DNA from: Cenarchaeum sp.
GTDB lineage: Archaea > Thermoproteota > Nitrososphaeria > Nitrososphaerales > Nitrosopumilaceae
Length of the DNA stretch: 64,000 bases
Reading direction: 5' to 3'
Assembly: GCA_965242695.1 (NCBI GenBank)
Contig: CBDESU010000001.1
Span: forward strand, 256,001-320,000
The notes under the pieces: generated by a model
What the model saw: the letters and a program-made list of their open reading frames with translations, nothing else
Databases searched by the model: none
Told to the model about the DNA's origin: nothing
Shown here: piece after piece, positions 9,268 to 19,058 of the stretch
Numbering within the stretch: the stretch's first letter is position 1
Layout of the letters: every line of letters starts with the position of its first letter
Position numbers and translations under genes: made by a program

Positions 9268-10254
9268 GGTGAGGCGCAGGCGGCGGGGGATTTAAAGGCA
9301 ATGCGCGGGCCGCCGGGCCGATCCCGCCCGGGCCGGCGGGGCCGCGGCGGCGGCCCGGCCGCGGCGGCGCGCGGCCCTGCGCATCGGCGCCGCGGCAGCG
9401 CGGGGGGGGGGGGGCGGATGGGAGAGGGGCGCGGGCAGTGCGGCGGCTGTCCTGCCTGGGGCGGGCCGCCACGACCGGCGGCAGGCGAGTCGGTGCCCCT
9501 CGGCGGCAGCTTGCAGCGGCGCGCAAGGGCCGCTTCGTGTGGGATGGCGGCATGCGCGCGCAATGCGGGCATAGTGCATTGCCTGCGGTTTGCCCTGTCC
9601 ACCGCCGCGCGGCGCGGCGCCCAGCCGGCCGCGCATGATCCGAGAATGCCGGGGCGCCTGCCAGCATCCCTGTCGCCACTGCCCGCAGCCCGCGCCGATG
9701 CGCGTTTCAGCGCGCGCAGCGGAACGCGCAGGGCGCGGCGAGCAGATCGGATCTGCCGGCTGGCGGCGCGGCGCAGGCCGCCGCATGCACGCATCCGGCG
9801 TGGATGTCCGCCGCCCCCAGCGGCCGGGAGTCGCCGCTCGGCGCAATGCGCGGACCGGCCTCGCCACTAGGCAGCGCGGCCGGGATTAGGATGGGGACGA
9901 CAAGGCGCCGGGTGCGCGCTAGGGAGGGAGTGGGGGGGGGAGGGGGAAGAGCCGAGGAGTTTCTTCCCGCAAGGATCATCGCGTCCGCCGCTGCCCTGAT
10001 CCGCGTCCGCCGGCGCCGGAGCGGCGCGCCCGCGCGGGGGGACAGACGACACGTGGGAGATGCACTGCATGTCCGGCGCCCTGCATGCTCCCGCCATTCG
10101 TCCAGATGTGCACCGGCCCCGCTGTGCGCCATACGGCGATCTGCAGGCGCGATCGCTACATTAAATAGATGGGGGGGGGGGGCGGCGCCAACGGAGCGGG
10201 TGTGATTGGGCTGTAGGTCTGACTTGACGGACAGGCGATGTCCGATGCCGCGCG

Positions 10255-13200
10255 ATGCGGGCAGCTTCCGAGGGGGGGGGGGGCGGCGGGCCGCAATTCC
10301 TGGCGGCGGCGGGATGCCGCTACCTTGCGCCGCGCCTTGCCGCCGCCCTTGTGATCGCACTGGCAGCCGCCGCCCTTGTGATCGCACTGGCAGCCGCCGC
10401 CGCCGTTGCATCGCCGGTATTCTGGGGTGGCGACGCGCCGACTCTGGGCTCTTGGCATCATGACGCCGCCGCCCCTTCGCAATGGGCGCACCCTCCGCAG
10501 CATGGTCTGTTGCCTGCGGCGCATGCGGATCCGCACTTTGGGCCGTGCATTGCTAACGTGGGGGACCCTCCCCATCAGCACTCTGCCGAGCCGGCCTTTG
10601 TATCGCCCGATGATGTGTACGGAATAGGCGATGAGATCATCATTAACATCTATAAGGCTGGTGCCAGCATTAGCAATCCCGGTGTGTTTACTCATACGCG
10701 CCTTGCGCTTGAGACGGGCGACGTCGACCGGTTTGCCGTGCATGTCCAGGGCACCGGCGGCCACAATACCCGTTACAACTATACAGTCCAACCGGGCGAC
10801 TATTCGGACGATCTCGACTACAAGGCGCCCAACTCGCTTCACTGGACAGGGGTTCTAGAAAGTAGTACTAGGGCTGTCAACTGCTGGCTGTCGACTCCCG
10901 GCACCAGCAACTACAAGCACAACTCGCTTTCGGTAGGACGCACCGTCGTAGTCGACGGCATCATACCGCGCGTGGTGGATGTTACGATGCCGGGCGGCGC
11001 GTACGGCGCCGGCTCGCAGCTCAACGTCACCGTCAACTTTGACGAGCCGGTTCGTGCATTGGGAGAGCCGCCGACGCTAAAGCTGGCGCTGGACGGCGCC
11101 AACGCGACGGCGGCGTTCCTGGACGGCAACGGGACGGAATCGCTCGTCTTCAACTATACTGTAGTGCGGGGCGACATTGCCGACGACCTGGACTATGCGG
11201 GGAGGATGGCCCTTGCAGCGGGCGGCAGCCTGACCGACCTTGCCGGCAACAACGCGAGCCTCGTGCTGCCCGAGCCGGGCTCGCCCGGCTCGCTCGGCGC
11301 TACCAGCGACGTCCGCATAACTGCGGCCGACGGGGCCGTGGCCGGCGTATGGTCGCCCCTGCCCGACGGCACGTACCCCGCGGGGTACCGCATCGACGTC
11401 CTTGTCAACTTTAGCGAGCCCGTAGTGTACGGCGACCAGCCGCCGTCGCTGGTCCTTGCATTGGATGCCGATACGAACCGGACGGCCGCGTACGCGTCGG
11501 GGAACAACACCCGCTCGCTCGCATTCAGCTACACGGTGCGGCAGGGCGACGCTTCGGCCGGGCTGGACTATGCGGGCGGCGGCGCTCTGGAGGGCGGCGG
11601 CCTGGAGGACAGGGCCGGCGATGCCGTCGACGCCTCCCTGCCCTGGGAGGAAGGCACTGGCGGACACCTTGGCAGCTCGCAGAGCATCGCGATAGACGCA
11701 TCGATCGAGGCGCACGCGGCCGGAGCCGACTCGCCCGGCGGGGACGCCGCGTACGTGCGCGGCGATACTGTCAGAATCGCCGTCGACTTCTCCGTGCCTG
11801 TCGCCGTCACGGGCAGTCCCGCGCTGCTGCTTGCAACCGAGCCGCCGCGCAGCGCCTCGTACGCCGGCGGCAGCGGCACCCGCACCCTGGAGTTTGACTA
11901 CACGGTGCGGCAGGGCGACATGGCCGCCGACCTGGACTATGCGGGCCCCGATGCCCTGTCACTTGGCGGCGGCGACAGCGGCGCGGCGATCAGCACGGCC
12001 GGCGGCGGCGAGATCCTCCTGCTCCTGCCGGCCCGCGGCAACCCGGGCTCGCTCGGCCATGCCCGCGACATCCTGGTCGATGCCGAGGCCCCGTCTGCCG
12101 TAGGCATCGCGTCGCCTAGCGCCAACGGCACGTACAGCACAGGGCATGCAGTCAACATTACCGTGTCCTTTGACGAGGCGGTCGTTGTCGCGGGGGCGCC
12201 AGCACTGGCGCTTGCAACCGAGCCGCCGCGTAGCGCCTCGTACGCCGGCGGCAGCGGCACGGACGAGCTGGCGTTCCTGTACGTGGTGCAGCCTGGCGAC
12301 GAGGCGGCCGACCTGGACTATGCCGGCCCCGATGCCCTGTCCCTTGGCAACGGCGCGGCGATCGGTGATGCGGCTGGCAACGCCGCAAACCTGACCCTGC
12401 CCGCCGCGGGGCCTGGCGGCCCGCTGGCCGGCCGGAGCGACATTGAGATCCTAGGCGAACCGCAGCCCGCGTTGCGCCTGGCCGACCGCCTTGTGGATGG
12501 CGGAAGCTGGAGGCTCAGCAGCGCGCACGGCGTTGCAGTCTTTGGCATGGGCGGCGCCACGTACGCCGTGGTCGCATCTGCCGCCGAGAACGGCGTCCAG
12601 CTGATCCGCGTGCGCGACGGCGGCACGCTCGAGCCGGTCAGCACGCTAGGCGACAACGCCTCGCTGAACCTCGCCGCCCCCGTCGACATCGACGTGTTCA
12701 ACATGGGCAACCGCACATACGCGATCACGGCAGGGTGGAACGAAGGCGTCCAGCTGATCCGCGTGCACGACGACGGCAACCTTACGGCCACCCCGGGTGG
12801 CCGCGCCGACCCCTCGGGGCCCTTGGGCGTCGACGCCTTCAATCTGGGCAACCGCACGTACGCCGTTGCCACTTCGAACACCTGGTCGGGCGGCGCGCAC
12901 TTGATCCGCGTGCTCGAAAACGGCACGCTCGTGGATGCCTACTCGATTCTGGACAATTCCACGCTGCTGCTGCGCAGCGCCCGCGGCGTGGACGTGTTTA
13001 CGATGCGAGGCGAGGATGGAGACCGCACGTACGCCATGGTTGCGTCCCAGACAGAGAACGGCGTGCAGCTGCTGCGGGTGGGCGGCGACGGCAACGGCAC
13101 GCTCGCGCCTGTGGGCTGGATCGGCACTGCCAACAACAGCGCGCTGGCACTGGACAACGCCCGCGGCATGGACGTGTTCGAGACGGCGGGCGGCCGCACC

Positions 13201-16200
13201 TATGCGGCCGTGGCATCGTACGACAGTAGCGGCGTCCAGCTTATCCGCGTGCACTACAACGGCACGCTAGAGGCGGCCGGCTCGCTCCTGGACGACTCGG
13301 ACGTTCCGAGCGGTTCGGTCGTCCCAGATTCGCCGGCCGCCGCGCGCCTTGGCGGCGCCAACAACGTCGACTCGTTTGCCATGGGCGGCCGCACGTACGT
13401 CGCCGTCGCCTCGCACGCCGGCGACGCCGTCCAGCTGGCGCGGGTGCACGAAAACGGCACGCTAGAGGCGGCCGGCTCGTTCTTCGACGATGTCTCGGTA
13501 GCGGCAAGGGACAACACGGGATCAGCGGACGGCGGCACGGTAGAGCTCGACGGCGCCTACGACGTCGACGCCTTCACCATAGGGCGCGCCACGTTCGCCA
13601 TAGTGTCTCCGCAGTACGACGGTGGAATCCAGCTGCTGCGGCTGTCGCCCCCGCTCGTCACGGGAGTCTCCACGCCTGCGCAGAACGGCACGTACGCCGA
13701 GGGGGGCAGGATCAACTTCACAGTCGGCTTTGACGTGCCGGTATCGGTGTCGGGGCCGGTCCCCTCAATCCTGCTCGCCCTTGACGGGGCAGAACGCGCC
13801 GCAACGTACGTGTCGGGGCGCGGGACGAACTTGACCTTCGCCTACGAGGTGCGGCCAGGCGACAATGCGGGCCGCCTGGACAATGCGGGCGCCGCCTCCC
13901 TGATCACGCACGGCGCCGTGTCGGGCTTGCAGGGGGCGGAATACACCTTCCGCCAGTCCAAGCAACACACATGCAAATACATAGGGGGGTTTGTTACTCC
14001 TGTCGAATGCATGCCCGATGCGCCCCGGGAGGACATGCTCTGGAACGACCCCGTCGATGCCGACCTGGAGCTGCCGGCCCAGGGCTCGCCCGGCTCGCTG
14101 GGCCGGCTGCGGAACATCCAGATCGACACGGCGCCGCTTGTCACGCGCGCCGGCTCGCCGGACGAGCCGGGCCTGTACGGCGCCGGCTCTGTGGTCAACA
14201 TCACCGTCGCCTTCAGCGAGGCGGTGGATGTGACAGGCATGCCGGCCCTGCCGCTCTCGACGAACCCGCCTAGGAGCGCAGTATACGTCGCGGGCACGGA
14301 CGGCGATGCCGAGATTGCGTTCCGCTACGTCGTAGATGACGACGACGCCTCGGACATGCTCGGCTACGCGGACGGCGCGGCCCTGTCCCTTCCCGGCAGC
14401 GCGACGATCGTGGACTCGTCCGGGAACGGCGCCGACCTGGCACTGCCCAGCCTGGGCGGGCGGGGGCTGCTTGGCGCCTACGCCGGAATCCTCAGAATTG
14501 ACGGCGTGGCCCCCGGAGCGGTCGCCGTCACGGATGCGATGCCAAAGGGCGCCCCGTACCGCGAGGGCGAGACGGTCAGAATCTCCGTCGACTTTGGCGA
14601 GCGGCTCGCGATCTCCGCTCGCGATCTCCCGCCTTCGCTCCGCCTGGTCCTTGACGACGGCGCGACTGCGACCGCCGTGTACGAGCGGCAGGCCGGCGGG
14701 CAGACGATGCTAGTCTTCAACTATACGGTACTGGCGGACGACAGCGCCGGCACGCTGGGCGCCGACGACCTGTCGTTCGGCGACTGGGATGTCGCGGACG
14801 CCGCGGGGAACGGCGCCGGCCTGGACCTGCCCGGACCCGGCGATCCAGGCTCGCTCGCATCGGCGGGCATCCAAATCGACACCAAGAGGCCGGGCGTCGT
14901 GTCGGTATCCTCGCCGAACGAGGACGGCGCGCACGGCGCCGGCTCGACGGTCGACATCGCCGTCTCCTTTGGCGAGGCAGTCAGCGTCGTGGGCGCGCCC
15001 ATGCTGGCTCTGGCGACGGATCCGCCTAGGAGCGCAGTGTACGTCGCGGGCAGCGACGGGGATGCAGAGCTAGCGTTCCGCTACAGTGTGCAGGCCAACG
15101 ACACGGCGGGCCGCCTGGACTATGCGAACCGCAGCGCACTGTCGCTCGACGGCGGGACGATCAAGGATGCGGCTGGGAACGACGCCGACCTCCTTCTGCC
15201 TCCGACGGGCTCGCCGACCTCGCTCCATGCCTCGAACATCACAATAGGCAGCGGCTCGGGCCCCGGCTCGGGCGGCAGCGGCTCGGGCGGCAGCGGCTCG
15301 GGCGGCAGCGGCTCGGGCGGCAGCGGCTCGGGCCCCGGCTCGGGCGGCAGCGGCTCGGGCCCCGGCGGCGGCCCCGACGGTGGCTCGGGCCCCGGCGGCG
15401 GCCCCGACGGTGGCTCGGGCCCCGGCGGCGGCCCCGACGGTGGCTCGGGCCCCGGCGGCGGCCCCGACGGTGGCTCGGGCCCCGGCGGCGGCCCCGACGG
15501 TGGCTCGGGCCCCGGCGGCGGCCCCGACGGTGGCTCGGGCCCCGGCGGCGGCCCCGACGGTGGCTCGGGCCCCGGCCCCGACGGCGGTACTGCCAACACC
15601 ACGACGGTAGTCTTGGGGCCGAACGACATCGTTGGCCGGGGCAATCATACCGCCGATGGCCCCGGCGTGCGCATCGCGATCGACGTGTCGGGCCTGCCCG
15701 GCGCTGGCACCGCGGACGGAACCGTGCAGTTCCCGTCCAACGGCGCCGTCGTGGCGACGTCGTTTGCAACCGTGTCGTTCCCGACCGGGGTGGAGGCGAC
15801 ATCAGTACCTGTCGGCGGCATGCTCGCCCTGCATATAGTGGACGCGGCCAGCCGCAGCCTGCCGTCAAACTCGAGCATCCAAGAGGCGCTTTCCTACGAC
15901 GGCTCGGGCCGCGTTCTGCCGCGAAGCATAGTAGAGATCGGCGGAGGCGGGGACGGCCGCATCAAATTCGCCGATCCCATCCGCATATCCCTCGACGGCC
16001 AGGCCGGCGGCCGCGCGTTCTACGTCGAGGGCGGCGCAAACGGCACGATCCGACCGATCGACCTGGCGTGCGCGGCAGACGACACTGTCAGGGTCCACCG
16101 CCAGCTCAACGGCATGGGCGAGTGCCGAATCGAGTCGGGCGGCGACATGGTGATCTACACGTACCACCTGACGCAGTTTGGCACCGTCGCATCCGAGCGC

Positions 16201-16620
16201 GGCACGCCGCCGCCCGTCGTCTACACGTGCTCGATCCGCCTCGGCATGGACAGCCTGGCGGTGCCTGCCAGCCCGGGCAGCTACTCCGAGGCGGCCCGGC
16301 AGGACGTGGTCAACTCTGGCTCGCAGGCGTTTGAGCGGGTCGACCTTGATGCGACCCCGTGGTACATCGACCCCGCTTCGGATCGGCCCGGCCCCGGCGC
16401 CCCTCGCCTGGACGCCTCGCTCACCGTGCTGGGAACTGCGGCCCGGGGCGTGACGTTTGCCCCCCTGTCCGCGGCCGGCGCGGCGCTCGGGCTCGAGGGC
16501 GGCCAGGAGCGGGCGCTGTGGCTTGCGATCAACCTGACGGGCCACGACCAGGTGAATGCCAGCCGGCTCGTCCAGCAGGTTACGTACACTGCAGAGTGCG
16601 CCGGAGCGCCGGCGCGATAG
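10255..16620 (+). CDS. giant (2121-aa) secreted/surface protein with Ig-like repeats, a repeat beta-propeller-like region and a Gly/Ser linker
   Basis: Hydrophobic signal. About 7-8 repeats of V.F.E.V.V.G.P.L.L...A.Y..GSGT..L.F.Y.V..GD...LDY. Repeats of VDVF..G.RTYA.VAS....GVQLIRV..NGTL. Confidence 0.9.
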   Translation: MRAASEGGGGGGPQFLAAAGCRYLAPRLAAALVIALAAAALVIALAAAAAVASPVFWGGDAPTLGSWHHDAAAPSQWAHPPQHGLLPAAHADPHFGPCIANVGDPPHQHSAEPAFVSPDDVYGIGDEIIINIYKAGASISNPGVFTHTRLALETGDVDRFAVHVQGTGGHNTRYNYTVQPGDYSDDLDYKAPNSLHWTGVLESSTRAVNCWLSTPGTSNYKHNSLSVGRTVVVDGIIPRVVDVTMPGGAYGAGSQLNVTVNFDEPVRALGEPPTLKLALDGANATAAFLDGNGTESLVFNYTVVRGDIADDLDYAGRMALAAGGSLTDLAGNNASLVLPEPGSPGSLGATSDVRITAADGAVAGVWSPLPDGTYPAGYRIDVLVNFSEPVVYGDQPPSLVLALDADTNRTAAYASGNNTRSLAFSYTVRQGDASAGLDYAGGGALEGGGLEDRAGDAVDASLPWEEGTGGHLGSSQSIAIDASIEAHAAGADSPGGDAAYVRGDTVRIAVDFSVPVAVTGSPALLLATEPPRSASYAGGSGTRTLEFDYTVRQGDMAADLDYAGPDALSLGGGDSGAAISTAGGGEILLLLPARGNPGSLGHARDILVDAEAPSAVGIASPSANGTYSTGHAVNITVSFDEAVVVAGAPALALATEPPRSASYAGGSGTDELAFLYVVQPGDEAADLDYAGPDALSLGNGAAIGDAAGNAANLTLPAAGPGGPLAGRSDIEILGEPQPALRLADRLVDGGSWRLSSAHGVAVFGMGGATYAVVASAAENGVQLIRVRDGGTLEPVSTLGDNASLNLAAPVDIDVFNMGNRTYAITAGWNEGVQLIRVHDDGNLTATPGGRADPSGPLGVDAFNLGNRTYAVATSNTWSGGAHLIRVLENGTLVDAYSILDNSTLLLRSARGVDVFTMRGEDGDRTYAMVASQTENGVQLLRVGGDGNGTLAPVGWIGTANNSALALDNARGMDVFETAGGRTYAAVASYDSSGVQLIRVHYNGTLEAAGSLLDDSDVPSGSVVPDSPAAARLGGANNVDSFAMGGRTYVAVASHAGDAVQLARVHENGTLEAAGSFFDDVSVAARDNTGSADGGTVELDGAYDVDAFTIGRATFAIVSPQYDGGIQLLRLSPPLVTGVSTPAQNGTYAEGGRINFTVGFDVPVSVSGPVPSILLALDGAERAATYVSGRGTNLTFAYEVRPGDNAGRLDNAGAASLITHGAVSGLQGAEYTFRQSKQHTCKYIGGFVTPVECMPDAPREDMLWNDPVDADLELPAQGSPGSLGRLRNIQIDTAPLVTRAGSPDEPGLYGAGSVVNITVAFSEAVDVTGMPALPLSTNPPRSAVYVAGTDGDAEIAFRYVVDDDDASDMLGYADGAALSLPGSATIVDSSGNGADLALPSLGGRGLLGAYAGILRIDGVAPGAVAVTDAMPKGAPYREGETVRISVDFGERLAISARDLPPSLRLVLDDGATATAVYERQAGGQTMLVFNYTVLADDSAGTLGADDLSFGDWDVADAAGNGAGLDLPGPGDPGSLASAGIQIDTKRPGVVSVSSPNEDGAHGAGSTVDIAVSFGEAVSVVGAPMLALATDPPRSAVYVAGSDGDAELAFRYSVQANDTAGRLDYANRSALSLDGGTIKDAAGNDADLLLPPTGSPTSLHASNITIGSGSGPGSGGSGSGGSGSGGSGSGGSGSGPGSGGSGSGPGGGPDGGSGPGGGPDGGSGPGGGPDGGSGPGGGPDGGSGPGGGPDGGSGPGGGPDGGSGPGGGPDGGSGPGPDGGTANTTTVVLGPNDIVGRGNHTADGPGVRIAIDVSGLPGAGTADGTVQFPSNGAVVATSFATVSFPTGVEATSVPVGGMLALHIVDAASRSLPSNSSIQEALSYDGSGRVLPRSIVEIGGGGDGRIKFADPIRISLDGQAGGRAFYVEGGANGTIRPIDLACAADDTVRVHRQLNGMGECRIESGGDMVIYTYHLTQFGTVASERGTPPPVVYTCSIRLGMDSLAVPASPGSYSEAARQDVVNSGSQAFERVDLDATPWYIDPASDRPGPGAPRLDASLTVLGTAARGVTFAPLSAAGAALGLEGGQERALWLAINLTGHDQVNASRLVQQVTYTAECAGAPAR
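15249..15588 (+). repeat. 15-bp (GSGSG) and 30-bp (PGGGPDGGSG x7) tandem repeats encoding a flexible linker
   Basis: Seven exact 30-mers from 15361, preceded by GGSGS repeats. Confidence 0.95.
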
Positions 16621-16977
16621 GGGCCGCCGCCTCGCCGCGGCGGCGGAGGGGGGGGGGGGCGCAGGCGGCCGCGAAGGGGGGGGGGGCGCAGGCGGCCGCG
16701 AAGGTGCGGCCTAGATCGCGGCATCGCTTCCTGCGCCGACCCAAACCCCTCTCCCTCGCCGGCACCTTGGGATTCCTGTGCCGCGGCCGCCCGCGCCGCG
16801 CCGGGCGCGGATCGGGCCCGCGACTAGGCCCTGATGCGCATGGGCGACTGCTCTTGGCGGCCCTCTTGTTCCTGCCCACGCCCACCTTGCGGAAGTGGAT
16901 GCCGCACGTGCCGCCGCCGCCGCCCACCGCGGCGCAGCCTCGCCAATCTTATAAGATGGCGCCAGGCCCGCGGCGCA

Positions 16978-17700
16978 TTGGCCGGGCGGATCGAATGCGC
17001 GCTGTGCGGCCGCAGCTTTGCGCCGCACGGCGGCCGCAGCCGCCTGTACTGCAGGCGGTGCGAGGACAAGGCCGACAGGAGGGTCGCCGAGGTGCTGAGC
17101 ATGCGCTGCAGGGTGTGCGGCAAGGAGTTTGCAACAAAGCTAAGATCGGCCAGGTACTGCTCGGATGCGTGCCGCGCCGAGGCCACGCGCCGCTACAACC
17201 GCGAGTGCATGCGGCGGTACCTGGCCGACCCGGAGAAGCGCGCCATTATCCTGGCGCGCACGAGGGCGGCCGCGGCCGCCCGCAGGGCCAGGGAGCGAGG
17301 GGGGCGCGAGCCAAAGGCGCGCCGGGCCGCCGGCCGCGCGCCGCCGGCCGCAGCGCCAAAGTCGAGCGCATGCCGGCTGTGCGGCCGCAGCTTTGCGCAG
17401 TACGGCGGAGCCCACCACGCCTACTGCAAGCGCTGCACGGCCAAGGCGGACAGGACAATCTCCAAGGCGCTGCGCGTGGACTGCAAGGCGTGCGGCAAGG
17501 CGTTCTCTACTACCAACCGCTCCGTCCGATACTGCTCGGATGCGTGCCGCGCCGAGGGGCAGCTGCGCGGCAAGCGCGAGCTCAACCGCAGGCGCATGGC
17601 CGATCCCGAGGCGCGCGCCATTGCGAGGGCGCACATGAGGGCGTGGAGCGCAGCGCGCAGGGGCGGAAAGGCGGGGCGCCCCAAGCGGCGGCAGGCATAG
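16978..17700 (+). CDS. basic multi-zinc-finger protein (internally duplicated CxxC...YC motifs)
   Basis: CALCGRSF..YCRRC, CRVCGKEF..YCSDAC, CRLCGRSF..YCKRC, CKACGKAF..YCSDAC. TTATAA about 25 bp before TTG 16978. Confidence 0.8.
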   Translation: MAGRIECALCGRSFAPHGGRSRLYCRRCEDKADRRVAEVLSMRCRVCGKEFATKLRSARYCSDACRAEATRRYNRECMRRYLADPEKRAIILARTRAAAAARRARERGGREPKARRAAGRAPPAAAPKSSACRLCGRSFAQYGGAHHAYCKRCTAKADRTISKALRVDCKACGKAFSTTNRSVRYCSDACRAEGQLRGKRELNRRRMADPEARAIARAHMRAWSAARRGGKAGRPKRRQA

Positions 17701-17849
17701 CGCGCAGCGCACGGCTGCGCAGGGGGAAGGGGCCGGACAAGAAGCCGCCGCGCTGCGATGCGGACGCGATCGAGCTGCCGCGCCCGCCCCGCCTGCGCGC
17801 ATGCGGCCGCCTACCGCATCCTTATAGTTGCCGTGCCGCGCCGCCCTGC

Positions 17850-18836
17850 GTGGACTGCGCCGCTGCCGCCGGGCGACTGCGCGCCGCGCTCGGCCGGGCA
17901 GTGCGCGAGTGCCCGCGCGGCTCCGTCCTGGCCCTGTCCGGCGGCCTTGACAGCTCGATCATAGCGCACATTGCGGGGGCGTCCGGGGTGGGGCCCTCGT
18001 CGGCCGTCGCCGTCATTGCACGCGACTTTGTCGCCTCCGACACGACGTACTGCCAGATGGCCGCCTCGAGCTCGGGCCTGCCGCTGCGGATCGTAGAGGC
18101 GGGAACGGACGAGCTGCTCGACGCCGCGGCGGGGGCCATCAAGACTCTTCGCACGTTCAACGACATAGAGGTGCGCAACTCGGCCGCGTCGTACCTGGCC
18201 GCCAAGGCGGCCCTGGATTCGGCCGGCGGCGGGGACGGCGGGCCGTGCCTGGTCACCGGCGACGGGGCCGACGAGCTGTTCGCCGGCTACTCGTTCCTGC
18301 TTGCAAAGAGCCCCGGCGACCTGCCGGAAGAGCTTGCGCGGATGCGCCGCATCATGCGGTTCGCATCGCACGAGATCGGCAGGAGCCTCGGCGTGCGCGT
18401 CGAGTCGCCCTTCCTGGACGGCGAGGTCGCCGACATCGCCGCCGATGCGGGGCCCGATCTGCTCGTCGGCAGGTCCCCGGGCGGCGGCATGTGCGGCAAG
18501 TGGGTGCTGCGCCGCGCGTTCGAGGATGTCCTGCCGCCGGCGATCGCGTGGAGGCGCAAGGTTCCGCTGCAGGACGGGTCGGGGACGGCGGGCCTGCCGG
18601 GCCTCTTTGATGCGCTCGTTCCCGACGAAGAGTTCGAGCGCCGCCGCGCCGAGGTGGCCGAGGCCGACGGCGTAACCCTGCGCACAAGGGAGTCGCTGCA
18701 CTACTACGGCGTGTACAGGGGGCTGCACGGCCGGCCGCCGCGCGCGGCGGACCCGGGCTCCGCCTGCCCGTACTGCGGGTGCGAAGTCTGCGCAGACGAC
18801 CGCTACTGCCGCATGTGCGGGGCGCACCCGGTGTAG
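17850..18836 (+). CDS. asparagine synthase C-terminal-domain (PP-loop) protein
   Basis: LSGGLDSS, TGDGADELFAGY, SPFLD, GKWVLRRAF and IAWRRKVP motifs; C-terminal double Zn ribbon. GTG start after TTATA. Confidence 0.9.
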   Translation: MDCAAAAGRLRAALGRAVRECPRGSVLALSGGLDSSIIAHIAGASGVGPSSAVAVIARDFVASDTTYCQMAASSSGLPLRIVEAGTDELLDAAAGAIKTLRTFNDIEVRNSAASYLAAKAALDSAGGGDGGPCLVTGDGADELFAGYSFLLAKSPGDLPEELARMRRIMRFASHEIGRSLGVRVESPFLDGEVADIAADAGPDLLVGRSPGGGMCGKWVLRRAFEDVLPPAIAWRRKVPLQDGSGTAGLPGLFDALVPDEEFERRRAEVAEADGVTLRTRESLHYYGVYRGLHGRPPRAADPGSACPYCGCEVCADDRYCRMCGAHPV

Positions 18837-18880
18837 GGGACCGTGGCGTGCAGGGCGCGGGCCCGCGCCGGGCTTGGCTC

Positions 18881-19024
18881 TCACCGACCCTTCCACTTTC
18901 TCGGCTTGCGCTTGAATATGCGCCTGCACCCGTTGCAGCAAAAGTAGTACACGACGCCGCCGTGCTCGTGGGTCACGGCAAGATCCTCGTCGAGCTCGAT
19001 GCCGCACACGGGATCAACGGGCAC
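18881..19024 (-). CDS. YHS/TRASH domain protein (47 aa)
   Basis: Translated by hand: MPVDPVCGIELDEDLAVTHEHGGVVYYFCCNGCRRIFKRKPRKWKGR. TAAATA upstream. Confidence 0.9.
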   Translation of the reverse strand: MPVDPVCGIELDEDLAVTHEHGGVVYYFCCNGCRRIFKRKPRKWKGR

Positions 19025-19058
19025 GGGTGGCCTGACCGCGCGCCGTATTTATCTCTAG

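Noticed and set aside
9268-10160. Protein or RNase P/SRP RNA gene in the ~0.9-kb intergenic gap
   Set aside because: The ORFs are low-complexity. A GAAGAAACTCC motif on the minus strand (~9960) lacks the matching RNase P 3' motif. An Infernal/Rfam scan would settle it.
16359-17849. N-terminal half of the 825-aa ORF fused to the AsnB-like domain
   Set aside because: It overlaps the real Zn-finger gene in another frame. The TATA box and GTG at 17850 define the true start.
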